Origin: Ruditapes philippinarum
Lineage: Eukaryota
Reading direction: 5' to 3'
Length of the DNA stretch: 64,000 nt
Assembly: GCF_026571515.1 (NCBI RefSeq)
Contig: NW_026860464.1
Coordinates: forward strand, 372,001 to 436,000
In this document: positions 34,813 through 46,750 of the stretch, piece after piece
Position numbering within the stretch: the stretch's first letter is position 1
How the letters are laid out: the number at the start of each line of letters is the position of its first letter
Notes under the pieces: model-generated
Told to the model about the DNA's origin: nothing
Seen by the model: only the letters and a program-made list of their open reading frames with translations
The model's database searches: none
Program-made: the position numbers and the translations under genes

Positions 34813-37800
34813 ATGGAGGAAGAAAAATATGATGTGAAGGAATGTTGCAAAGCTTGTTGTTTAGCTTGTAAGTATGAAATATCTTTTGAAACATAAAGGC
34901 CCATTATGCCTCATAAAATGTTGGTGTTTTTTTTTTAGTTTCCCTAGAGCCTTTTAATTTTAGTGTACTTACTTTTCGCCTGTTGCAATTTTTACAGTTA
35001 TAATGAATAAGTATTTTGTATGGAACTACTTTGATAACATTTTGCTACTTATATGACAGGTAATGCTACATTAATCTCTACTTTCTTCAAGTAACAAGCA
35101 TATAACTTTCTCTTAAATTATTATTTAAACATTATAAAACTCATGTTTGTCCTTTCCAAAGAAGTAAAAAATTAATTTGTTTTATGGCATAATGAGCTTT
35201 TAATGAAATTTGGAAATAATGATAATGGAAAACGATGAATATCCATTTTATAAGAACATGTATATGTATAATTGTAACCACCAAGTGGTGTTGATCAAAT
35301 TTGCTACTTATAAATTAACTGTCAAATAAAAATAAGAAATGCGGCTTATTCTATTGTAAATCAGATGCTTAAAATAATACTGCATTTAGAATATGCAATC
35401 TGCTTCATTTTGATTAATTTTATGTAATTTCAGTTTGAACTATAAGTAAATGCATGAGAAAAACATACAAATAAAAATAACTTGGCATAACATTTCATAA
35501 AGACCTTTTTGTTTGGTAAATTTTTTCTTTAGACACCTGAATATCCAATGACCTTTCGTAGGTAATTATCAGATTCCGGGGGAAATCATACGTATTTTAA
35601 TATAATTATGATACAAATGTATAACAGGACATACGTATAATTTGATATCATTAGTTTATACAAATTTATTTTAGTTCGATTGTGTTGGAAGCTATAAGCT
35701 TATTGAAACACTCTCGTATACTTGAGTTTTAGCCTCAATATAGTTACAGTGTCTAAGAATTTCAAATCCGAATCTTATAAAATGTGTAGTTTTTTTTTTA
35801 AAATATGTTTTCTTACATATTTTTTATTGTATATACACGTATAACTACAAACGAGGTTTTTACACGGACACGTAAAATGGCAGCGAAGGAATGTTCACCT
35901 ATGCGCTAAACCGAACAAAATGCAATATTAACGAATGTCTTTTTCGATTTGCGCAGTTGTGAAAATTGAAATAAAAGGGGAAGCGTAAAGACACAGAAAT
36001 TCCATTATGTTCATACATGTACTCGTTTTATGTACAGTGACGAGCCGGGTACGCTTTAGTCAATACCGTAAGGAAAGCTAAATTATAACTGTACAGAATG
36101 AATCCAATGTTAAACATTTACCCTTCAAATGGATATTGCATAAAAAATCAAAAATCCCTGTCGGGATTCGAAACCACAACTGTGAGGGGCAAGAAGTTTG
36201 AAGTCAACGACATTAACTTTTCGAACGCGGACGTTCGTTTTTAACAATTTTTTAATGTTTTAGTATACATGTGTAAAGTTAACAAAATGTACCATGTAAA
36301 AAAGTTGTAAACACTACATGTCATAGTCTCTCATAGTTTATTATTGAACGGTTTAATACATTTCTTTTTCTTTCTTAAAAGACATGCATAGAAGTGAGTT
36401 TTAAATAAAATATTTTTGTTGTTGCTTTTGTTGTTGTCGATTAGTTATTATTTTTTGTCGTTGTTTTTGTTATTGTTGATTCAACCATTTTTGTTAAAGT
36501 GTTTTACCTACATTTTATTGTAGCATGTGGATGCCTGATTACCGTTATAGCCATCGGATTAGGTGCCCTCGGAATAGCCAAGATTGTTATGGGTAAGTTA
36601 TTAGCAGTCATCAACCTTTAGAAGATATAGTTTGTATTTTAGCTGGTAACATGCTCCGTAAGTAGAGAGATGAATGTCGATTTTGGACATATAATATAAT
36701 TACGTTTTTAACTTTTCAAAAGAATATATCCAATAACTGTGTATCTTAGTTTGGGGACCTTTCTCACGCCCGTTTAACTCACAACGAGTGTAAAATGTCC
36801 ATCGGTAACAATGTTGTGAGCAACTTCCGTTCCTCGTTGTGAGCACCCACCTAGGACGTGTGACACGATAAACAAGGTGAATTTTTCATAATTTTTGAAG
36901 ATTGCAGACATTTATGTAAAAATATCGGAATGCAGTTAGCTAGCGATGTGTTTTCCGAATATGCACATGTAAAGATATTGCCTGTTGGTAACCAATTTGA
37001 TGGAAGTACCGTGCGACGCAGTCACTCGGGGTAGCTGGAAAACTGGAGACAACTTCTCTCCGGACCAAATTTAACATTGAAAACGTCGATTCTGGTGACG
37101 TCTTGTGCATTCTAACCTAAAACAGATGCCCACAAGTCTTCAGCGTAAATTATTACCTGAAAGTCTTTATAGAATCGAAGATATACCCTTTTTTGCTTTA
37201 ATCCTCAATGTGAGCACCATAACCTCGAGCGCAGTGCTTGTCTGGTTTTAATATGTAATTCAGATGGTGAAAATATAATTTTCAATCTACCAAAGCAATT
37301 AAAACGTTTTTGCACAGCAGCATTTCTTTGCAAGACGTTGTGCATACCCCGAAGGGAGGCATATTAGTTTTGAACTGTCCGTCAGTCCGTCCGTCCGAAA
37401 ACTTTAACATTGGCCATAACTTCCTTACTAGTAAACGGATTTGATTCATATTTGAACACAACATCCCTTAGCACAAGACCTTCCTATGGACCTGTTTTTT
37501 TTTACATTGACCCCTGAATGGCCTTTACCTTGAGGTCAAATTGTCCAAAAACATTTAAGATTGGCCATAATGACCTTTATATTAGTAAATCAATTTAATT
37601 CATATTTAGGCACAACACCTCTTTGGACAAGGCCTTCCAACTGACCTATATTCTTTTGACCTTGACCCCTGAATGACCTTCACCTTGAAGGTCAAATTGT
37701 CCAAAAACTTAAAAATTGGTCATAACTTCCTTATTAGTATACGGATTCTACTCATATTTGGACACAACACCCCTTTAGACAAGACCTTCAAACTGATCTG

Positions 37801-40800
37801 TATTTTTTTACCTTGACCCCTGAATGACCTAGAACATCCAAAAACTTTAACATTGGTCATAACTTCTTTATTAGTAAGTGGAATTAATTCATGTTTGGAC
37901 ACAATGCCCCTTTGCATGTATTTATCCTGAGCTTCATTCATGTAAGACTGGCCAAGTTATGTAGAAAAAGAAGAACTATTGCAAAGAAAAACTATTGTGC
38001 AAAAACGTTTGATTGCTTTTGGTAGAATGAAAATTGTATTCTCGCCATTTGAATTACATATTAAAACCAGACAAGCACTGCGCTTGTCTTGCTCACAACG
38101 ATGTTATGGTGCTCATAACGAGGATTAAACCAAAAAGGGTATATTTTCGTTTCTATGAAGACTTTCAGAAAATAATTTACGCTGAAGTCTTGTGGGCATC
38201 TGTTTTAGGTTAGAATGCACAAAACGTCACCAGAATCGACGTTTTCAATGTTAAATTTGGTCCGGAGAGAAGTTGTCTCCAGTTTTCCAGCTACCCCGAG
38301 TGACTGCGTCGCACGGTACTTCCATCAAATTGTCCACCAACAGGCAATATCTTTACATGTGCATACTCGGAAAGCACATCGCTAGCTAACTGCATTCCGA
38401 TATTTTTACATAAATGTTTGTAATCTTCAAAAATTATGAAAAACACACCTTTTTTATCGTGTCACACGTCCTAGATGGGTGCTCGATCACAACGAGGAAC
38501 GGAATTTGCTCACAACATTTTTACCGATGGACATTTTACACTCGTTGTGAGTTAAACGGGCGTGTTTCTGTTGAAAATGTGACACAGTTAAATCGTATAC
38601 ATATACATGCACAGTGCGTTAACTGGAGTGCAGGTATTAGTTACCCGCACTCCAGAGCATGCCCATTGATTGGTTCATTTTGTCCGGGGTTTACATATTG
38701 TGACGACAGAGAAAGGGATAGCGATGGAAATATCATATTCAGATGCTCGTTCATTGGTTACTTTTTGTGGGGTTTCATATTGTGGTATCAGGGAACGTGT
38801 TTTTATGTTTGACTATGATACAAAAGAAAAAGAACATCAAAACACTCGGCAATCTGATTTATACTCGGGGGCTACAACCCTCGTACAAATCAGATAGCCT
38901 CGTGTTTCGATGCTCTTTCTATTACTTAAAGTAAGATATTTTATACACCAGCGCTGTACTGTCAAACAATTTTTGTACGTTCATATTTACTAGTTTTGAC
39001 GGCAAAGGAAAACGTTTAACAAACTCTAGTATAAACAATTCGGACAAAAAAGTACGTACGCTTTTTTTACAATAGATTGAGGTTATAATAATATATTATC
39101 GAGTGCAATACTGAATTTAATGGACAAGAACACAGCTTTCAAAACTATATATATACTCGTATATATAGTTTTATATAAAACTCCGCTTTAAGGGGAGCTG
39201 TGGCCTACTGGTTAAGGTGTCTGCCTCTCAACCTAGAGATTATGGGTTCGAGCCTAACTCGGGTCACGACCATGTTTCTTCACGTGACACCAGTACTTGA
39301 CACCAGTACTGGTTGATTCCAGGAAGCGGACTCGAAAGTGATTAGAACTTGTTTCGCAATCGAGCTTAATAAATATGTTTAAACCAAAACTATATTGAAC
39401 AAGGCGCTAGCCGATTAGGGTGTAGTTCTTACAGCTCAGCTGTGTGCGAATCCAATAAAATCAGTATTGTTCTCAACCAATTTTTTGACATTTTGACAGT
39501 TACGATTTGATATGGATTTTGGACTCTTAAAACATGGAAACGGGTCTATAAGGGATATGGATTTGATATTGACTTTTCGGACTTAAAAAGATCGCGATGG
39601 GGCTATTTTGAATTAATACTAATTGATCCAATACTGATTTCTAGTGGAACATTGTGATGCAAATGCTTAAAGAGCATTTGTTACATTTTATTAGGTGTGA
39701 AATAAATCATTATACAGTTTGAACAGCAAAATAACCCTGTTTTAACAATGCACACATTATACAGTTTTGGTAGCAAAAAAAAAAAAATTACAATAGATAC
39801 ATTAATTTAGTGTTTTGACAGCAGAAAAGCTAACACGCTTTTTGACAGTACAAATATCATATAGTATTGACAGCAAAATATCGTTTTTTACAATGAATAT
39901 ATTTGTATACAGTTTGACAGCAACATGGTGCTTTTTGGACAATACATACTGTACTTAATGCAGTTTAGACAACAAAATAACACTTTTTGGAGTACATACT
40001 TTATACATTTTGGACAGCAAAATAAGTGTACAATGTAAATAACTATTCAGTAGTATGGACAAAAAATTACCAACATCACCAATATAAACATACACTCAAA
40101 ACAGCTGAAACAGGTGACGATGTAAAATATTGATCTGAATATTAAGAAATTTCAGTTGTTTTATAATATATTATGTTTACATTATTTGTAATTTTACAGG
40201 TGCTATTCATTTGCATGACTGTACCATTGAAGATTTGATTCCTATTTGGCTGATTGTAAGTGGATGTGCTCCAGTTTTGTTCAGTTGTTTCCGTGGACAA
40301 AACAACGCTGCTGGCGAAAATAGCTTTGACCTTGCCGGGGCAATCTGTGGGGCAATAGCTTTCCTCTTCAATCTGGCTTGGCTTATATGTGGTATGAATA
40401 TCATTTATCATTTTATATCAAAATTGCTCGGCTACTTCCGTAAAGCGCCGGATTATTGTTATCGGCATTAACCGCCCCTAAATGAACATTTGTTATTTAG
40501 ACTTTTTGAAAAAGTAAGGATGTTGACTCTAGTATAGGGATGACTTTATCGATAATTAATTTCTACCATAAGTAACAGCACCCGATTATTTAATCCACGT
40601 AAACAAAACGATATTTTAGCGATGTCGATTATCGAAGACTGAACAGCGCGTATTACACAAATAGATCTGACTGACGAGTAGTGAAATATATACATGTCGA
40701 ACTGTTTGGGCGAGAAGATTTTCGCTAAATTATTTACATCTTTGTTAAACAACAGGTTTCACCGTGAACAAAATTCCTCGAAATTAATAAGGATTACAAA

Positions 40801-43800
40801 TACTAAATGGAAATTCTAAAGTTAGAATGATAAGGATTTATTTATGCCTACTTTGTATAACTGCCCCGTGGTCCAGTGGTAACGCGCTCGTTTAGGGTGT
40901 GAGATGTATGGGGTTCCAATTCCAGTCGTGGCTACTTTTTTTTTTCAAACTCAGTATTGCGAAAAATGTACTAACATTTTAAGAAAGGTAAAAACATTCA
41001 AGATCCAAGTTATATTTTACATGTTACGCTGTTTAAGACTGATTTTTATTTGTTTGGGTCGTCAGACCAAACAAATAATGGTAGCGAAATTTCAGACCCT
41101 GCTGCTGTTAATTGCAAATGCCGAAAGTAGTCCGCTATTCTGAAGCGGTTACTTCCCTTTATATGTACACTAACGCCGAAAAATTCAGGGGAGATCACTT
41201 CGTAAAGATTGTCAAATGACAGGCGCATTAATTTTTAAGCAAAACAGTTTCCGGAGTGTCGAAGATTTCTAATATTGTTTTATTCTTTATAGATATACAT
41301 GCTTATATTAAGCTCCATGATTATTTACATCTGTGTTAAACAACAGGTTTCGAAATAATAAGGGTTACAAACCCTAATTTAGAATAATGTGGTTTTCTTC
41401 AGGGCGTTACCATATAACTTCACCTTGGCCGAGGGGTTTGCACGCTCGCTTAGGAAGCATGATGTCTGGAGTTCAAATCCCAGTTAAGGCAACACATCTT
41501 TTTAAAAATTGTTTAAGTCAAATAAACATTTAATTGAATAACAGTGTTGCAATTAGTCGTATAGCCAATTTACTACAGTTAAAACACTGGAAACAGCATT
41601 GGTGGCACTGTACATAAACAAATTGGTTTATAATCTCACAACCTTCACCTTTCTGACATTCTGAGACCCAAACAAATTCAGTGCCTTCTGTGCTTTGATT
41701 CATTATTTTATTATCCATATTTTTATTTTATAAGGGCTGACTTTGCATAACTGTTCTCATGTTATTGAGCGAAAATCGATGCAACTGAGGGACATACGGA
41801 TGGACGAAAAAACGACAGAAATTTCTATCGGGAGTATGAAAAAAAAACATGCAAATATACAAGCGACTAATTAACCTAATTATAAATGTGGTGATGATAA
41901 AGTATTAAATATTTTGGGAATGTTATAAGTGAATAAAACGGTATTTGCTCATGCGGATCAATGCAAAACATTAATTACTAACATTTAATTGTAGTAAGGG
42001 GATTTTACGAAGAACGCTTTATCATATAGATTTTATTAAAGTTTAAAAGATACCTAAAGTTGATGAATTTATGGTTTAACTGTAGTTTAGCTGGCGGAAA
42101 TTTTGATCGAGTGGTTTGCCGTATATGTCCGAACAGGCGTGTAGGTGTTTTCCCTACGCGCATTAATTTAGGTCCTTCTTAGAAAAAAATAAACCGCAAT
42201 TTAGTTGATAAAATTTATGCAGATAAATTATAGTTACTCAAGCATTTGTATGACACAGGATCATGAAGTATTAAAGGGACTCCACTGAGGTTTGTTGACA
42301 TGACAGGACTGGAAATAATTTTTTGAGATTATTACTCCATTTGATGTAGATCTATACTAATAACTTATGTGCAAAATTTCAGATCATTAGCTCGCTCCGT
42401 TTTTCCAGAATAATTATTATAATAGTGAAAAATCACCCAAAATTGAAAAGCGTTTAAACACTTTTCAATCAAATCGGACTGAGAAAAGCACAAACGTACG
42501 ATTTTCAATGTGTTTCTTGTATATTTCTTAGTTATATTTAGTTTATATTTCTGTTTAAAGTGCTCATGTTAATTTATGTAAAAAATTAAAATGTTATGTT
42601 TTTAGGCTTATAAACCTCAGTGGAGTTCCTTTAAAGTTTTTTAACAAGATGACTGTACTACGAGACTTTTTGTGATCTGCGTTGGGCGGAATACCAATAC
42701 ATTAGACGGTCCTGGTACTATATGTCTGTCATATTGTTTTATATTTGATTTTTTTCTATGACATAAAGTCCGTTGATTCCAGTGAGTAATTTCACTTAAA
42801 GGCCCATTTTGCCCGAGAACTGCTTTTATTTTTATTTATCAACAGCTCTTTCTTTTTGCTGTCCTGTTTACGTCAATAAATAGTTATATTCGGTCAATTA
42901 CATGAACCATTTTATGCTTCTGTTGCTTTTTGGCAATTAGTATAATTATAGAGCTCTTCTATTGAAGCCAAAATACTGTTTTGTTTATGTGACAGGCACC
43001 GGTCACATATTCACGAATAACGCCACGGAAGAGCTACGGTCTAACAATTCACGGATTATTGCGGCAAAATGAAATTCCGTAGTCCGCTACGGTAACAGTA
43101 CGGAAACACAACGGTATGAGTACGGAGTTCGATGGATGTATCGCAAAAATGTAGATAATGCCCCGGTCACATATTCACGGATAATGCCACGGAAGAGCTA
43201 CGGTCTAATCGTTCACGGATTACTTCGGAAATGTGAAATTCCGTAGTCCACTACGGTCCCAGTACGGACACACAACGGTATGAGTACGGAGTTCGACGGA
43301 TTTACCACCAAAAGCCCCGGGAGAGACACGGATTGTTACGGACCGACACGGTTTGGTACGGAGCGACACGAATCAGGACGGATGCACTACGGATACACTA
43401 CGGTCTGCTACGGTATAAGCACGGGTTAGTACGAATTAGTACGGGTCTGATACGGAGAAGAACGAATTGATACGGAGAAGAACGTATTGCCACGGACCTA
43501 TACGGACCTATTATATCCGTCCACAACCTCTTGCATGCTCATTTTCAAAATGCCTCACAAGAAAAGAACACCTAGAAAACGAATTGCAGAGTTCAATGAT
43601 TTTGGCGGAGAGGATTCGGCCTCATCGCGTCCGACCCCCGAGACATATCAGGTCCGATTAAAGTGAATTTCGTGAAAGACGCCGAATCCTCAACAGGTTC
43701 GGCCATGAGAACCTCATTCTAAACATGAAGGGGTCTTCGTAATAGTCCATCTCTAGTCCATCATCTCCTCTTACCTGATTAAATATGGGGTGGTAATCAT

Positions 43801-46750
43801 TAAAGAAAAATGTTGATCAATACTGCTTCTCTTTTGATTTTGAAATTTGCTGTTCATTTTACAATAACATTAATTATCGTGAATGTTTATGTTTTAAAAA
43901 TATGTAAAAAGCTTGTTAATTAATCTTATTATCACTCAAGGGCCAGCGTCCGAGGCTTACTTCGTTTTATGTACATATTTACTCCAATTTCACGATCCAA
44001 ATTAATGTTTGTAAAATATGTAACATTAAATGCTATTCTATTACTTATGAATTGTAGTACGATATTAATATATGTTTACCTCTATGCATGTCATCAAGAA
44101 GCTCGACCACTGCCTCCGCATTCTGAGCTATTTCAATATAAAATTGGTGCCAGTAAATGGCAATTATCATTTATTGAATGTTCACGCAAATATGTCTATT
44201 TTAACAAGAAGGTAGTATTTATACCCTTGAAAAAGCACATGATACTATTAAAATATCCCACATATGTAATATAAATCCGTGTTTATCCGTACTAAACAGT
44301 TGTGGACCGCACCATTCCGTACCGTTTCGTGTTGCAACGCAATAAACCGTATAAGACCGTGCTAATCCCTGCCTCTCCGTAGTACAACGTATTACGATCG
44401 TAGCTTTCCGTGACAATGCCGTATTAATCCGTATTAAAACCGTAGCTTATACGTAGGGTAACCGTACAAATACGTAGTTCTCCGTACCAAACCGTGGAAA
44501 TCCATAGCATGTTGAGGCCTACGAATCAGTACGGACTAGTACGGTTTCCGTACGGACCAGTACGTATCAGTACGGTTTAATACGGACTAGTAGGGATACG
44601 CTACGGTTGATTTTTCCGTAGCAAATTTTTGTGCATGTTTAAAAATTGTCAAGGATCGCTACGGATATACAAGGTCTACTACGATTGATTACGGTTACAA
44701 TACGGAGAGCTACAGACCAGTACGGGTAGCTACGGACGATGCCGGAATTAATCCGTGGCTCTTCCGTGTGCGTATTCCGTGAATATGTGACCGGGGTATA
44801 AGGCTCGGGAGGTACACGGATTGTTACGGTCCGACACGGTTTGATACAGAGCGACACGAATCAGGACGGACACACTACGGATACACTACGGTCTGCTACG
44901 GTATAAGCACGGGTTAGTACGAATGAGTACGGTCTGATACGGAGAAGAACGAATCGCCACGGATCTATAGATACGGACCTAATATTACCATCAATAACTT
45001 CTTGTGTGTTCATTTACAAGAAAAGAACATCTAGAAAACGAATTGCAGAGATCAACGATTCTGGTGGAGAGGCCTCATCGCGCGAGGCTCCTGAGACAGG
45101 TCCGATTCTACTGAAGTTCTTGTAGGACGCCTGATCCTCAGCAACAAGTTTGGCAATGAGAGCTTTATACTGGCCATGAAGGGGTCTTCGTAAAAGCCAA
45201 TCTCTAGTCCACCAGCTAGTCTGTCTTATCTTACCTGATTAAATATGTTATCATTAATGAAAAATGCTAATCAATAAATACTGCTTCTCTTTTGAGTTTA
45301 GAATTGGCTGTTCACTTTATAATTACATTAATAACCGTGAATGTTTATGTTTTAAGAAAATGTAAACAGCTTGTAAAACCTATTATCACTCAAAGCCAGC
45401 GTCCGAGGTTATGAGACACTTCGGTTTATATATATATTTACTCCAATTTCTTGAGCCAATGTTTTGTAAAATGACCTTAATGTTATTCTATTACTAATGC
45501 ATTGTAGTACGATAATATACTTTTTACCTCTATGCATGTCATCAAGCAGCTCGACCACTGCTTCCGCATTCTGAGCAATATCAATATCCAGTTGCAGCCA
45601 GTTAATTGCAAACATCTTTTATTGAATGTCCATGATTATGTTCGCAACATGGAAACGCAAAAATATCTGTTTTTAACAAGAAGGTAGTATTTATACCCTG
45701 GTAAAAGTACATGCTACTTAATTTATTCATACTAAACAGTGGTGGACCGTACCATTTCGTACAATACATAAAACCGTATAAGACCGTGCTTATCTCTGTC
45801 TCTCCGTAGTACAAAGTATTACGATCGTGGCTTTCAGTGACAAAACAGTATTAATTCGTTTTAAAACCGTAGCTTATACGTACAAATACGTAGTTCTCCG
45901 TATCTAACCGTGGAAATCCTTGACAAGTTTGGGCATACGAATCAGTACGAACTGGTACGGTTTTCGTACGGAGCAGTACGTATCACGGAGTAGTTGGGAT
46001 ACGCTATGGTTGATTTTTCCGTAGCAAATTTTTATGCATGTTCAACAAAAATTATCAAGGATCGCTACGGATATACAAGGACTTCTACGATTGATAACGG
46101 TTACAATACTGAGAGCTACTGAAAAATACGAACGATGCCTGAGTTAATCCGTGGCTATTCCGTGGTCGTATTTCGTGAATATGTGACCGGGGTTTTACAT
46201 TTTGCTACTTTTGTGACAAATAATTTTACATCCAGCGCTATTTTATTCAGGCGATAAGCATTTAACATTCTCTAAAACCATTATTTAAACGTTATCAAAT
46301 TCATATTTACCATTTCTTAAGAAGGAAAAATAAATGGTATAGTGTACCTTTAAGGAAAAATATTGATACTCTCCTTATACATTCTATTGGTTTTCCGCCC
46401 ATCGACAATCACAATCACAAAAGTCACGTACGTGGTATAAGCAAGTATAATTTGAATTCTTATGACTTTTTATAGATAATTACAATTTTGTTTCATATTT
46501 TGAAATCGCTATTCATGTACGATGGAAATGTTGTACTTTTTCAGGCAGCGTTTGGGTATATCCCAACTTTGGTACGATAATTGCAGACGACTTCATGCCA
46601 TGTACTCCAAAAGTCACGTCAAATTGTACACAAGGGAACTGTGACAAGAGCCTAATAACGTTTGCCTTTGCGATGGTTACGGTTGACTGGGTATTAATGT
46701 GCATCTTGATCATTAATCTTGGTTTATACATTGTCAATAAATTCATGTAG
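34813..46750 (+). CDS. TMEM272-like transmembrane protein, copy 3, 173 aa; exons 34813-34867, 36524-36592, 40200-40391, 46545-46750
   Basis: Exon sizes 55/69/192/206, GT-AG, in frame: MEEEKYDVKECCKACCLA/SCGCLITVIAIGLGALGIAKIVM/GAIHLHDCTIEDLIPIWLIVSG...FNLAWLIC/GSVWVYPNFG...CDKSLITFAFAMVTVDW...NKFM*. Confidence 0.88.
34897..35199. mobile_element. Kolobok-like MITE family B, second copy
   Basis: AGGCCCATTATGCC...GGCATAATGAGCTT+TTAA; interior matches the reverse complement of 17480-17806. Confidence 0.65.
35990..36235 (-). mobile_element. Degraded tRNA-derived SINE
   Basis: gggattcgaaaccacaactgtgaggggcaagaagtttgaagtcaacgac resembles the head of 52415-52740. Confidence 0.55.
36765..38564. mobile_element. 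Non-autonomous foldback DNA transposon with ~570-bp TIRs, CAC...GTG termini and a 5-bp TSD (Transib/RAG-like signature)
   Basis: Arms 36765-~37333 and ~37978-38564 are reverse complements; TTTCT at 36760-36764 and 38565-38569. Confidence 0.9.
37341..37912 (+). mobile_element. Helentron-associated element (HINE; CvA/pearl-like) nested in the foldback, 3'-truncated
   Basis: 5' hairpin ataccccgaagggaggcatat, (GTCC)n microsatellite, then ~3.5 tandem units of ~150 bp with gaccttga/aggtcaa motifs. Confidence 0.8.
39192..39390 (+). mobile_element. tRNA-derived SINE (Meta-core-like, from recollection)
   Basis: A box TGGCCTACTGG, B box GGTTCGAGCC, body gacaccagtactgg..ccaggaagcggactcg; homologous to 54894-55098; 13-bp internal duplication. 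Confidence 0.85.
39710..40070. repeat. Degenerate ~45-50-bp tandem repeat
   Basis: Recurrent cagttt(t)gacagcaaaata...acaat motifs. Confidence 0.6.
40863..40932 (+). pseudogene. tRNA-Pro(AGG)-derived sequence, degenerate
   Basis: tggtccagtggt..ctcgtttagggtgtgaga..ggttccaattcc resembles eukaryotic tRNA-Pro; followed by a T tract. Confidence 0.6.
41422..41491 (+). pseudogene. tRNA-Pro(AGG)-derived sequence, second degenerate copy
   Basis: ttggccgaggggt..ctcgcttagg..gagttcaaatccc; T tract follows. Confidence 0.55.
42275..42630. mobile_element. Kolobok-like MITE family A, second copy
   Basis: TTAA-AGGGACTCCACTGAGG...CCTCAGTGGAGTTCCT-TTAA; colinear with 17115-17475. Confidence 0.9.
43159..44798. 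mobile_element. Non-autonomous PIF/Harbinger element, family H1, inner copy
   Basis: TIR T(G/A)CCCCGGTCACATATTCACGGA; TSD TAA (43156-43158, 44799-44801). Confidence 0.9.
45095..45630 (-). pseudogene. 5' fragment of an intron-containing Harbinger transposase gene (more decayed equivalent at ~43630-44180)
   Basis: Donor after 45528 and acceptor before 45234 splice in frame: ...VVELLDDMHRG-KIRQTSWWTRDWLLRRPLHGQYKALIAKLVAEDQASYKNFSRIGP, resembling Harbinger transposase N-termini (W.R.WL.RR...G.Y..L..EL..ED...F.NF.R). Confidence 0.75.

Larger units (their letters stand above)
40411..42170 (+). mobile_element. Putative Helentron-type non-autonomous element carrying two tRNA-Pro-like modules
   Basis: Sub-terminal inverted ATCAAAATT (40417) / AATTTTGAT (42099); 3' hairpin GCGTGTAGG..CCTACGCGC followed by ATTAATTT; T-rich ends; internal direct duplication. 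Confidence 0.45.
42995..46194. mobile_element. Non-autonomous PIF/Harbinger element, family H1, outer copy
   Basis: TIR CCGGTCACATATTCACG at both ends; ACGG/CCGT-rich subterminal repeats; transposase 5' remnant; interrupted by the inner copy; TSD degenerate. Confidence 0.85.

Noticed and set aside
36765-36810. V(D)J-type RSS in the foldback TIR
   Set aside because: CAC is present but there is no CACAGTG heptamer and no nonamer at 12- or 23-bp spacing.
38414-38812. 132-aa ORF
   Set aside because: Crosses the foldback TIR boundary into another repeat; no recognisable domain.
39192-39265. Functional tRNA genes (also 40863, 41422, 52670-52740, 55015-55090)
   Set aside because: Stems are broken and the sequences continue into SINE bodies or repeat units.
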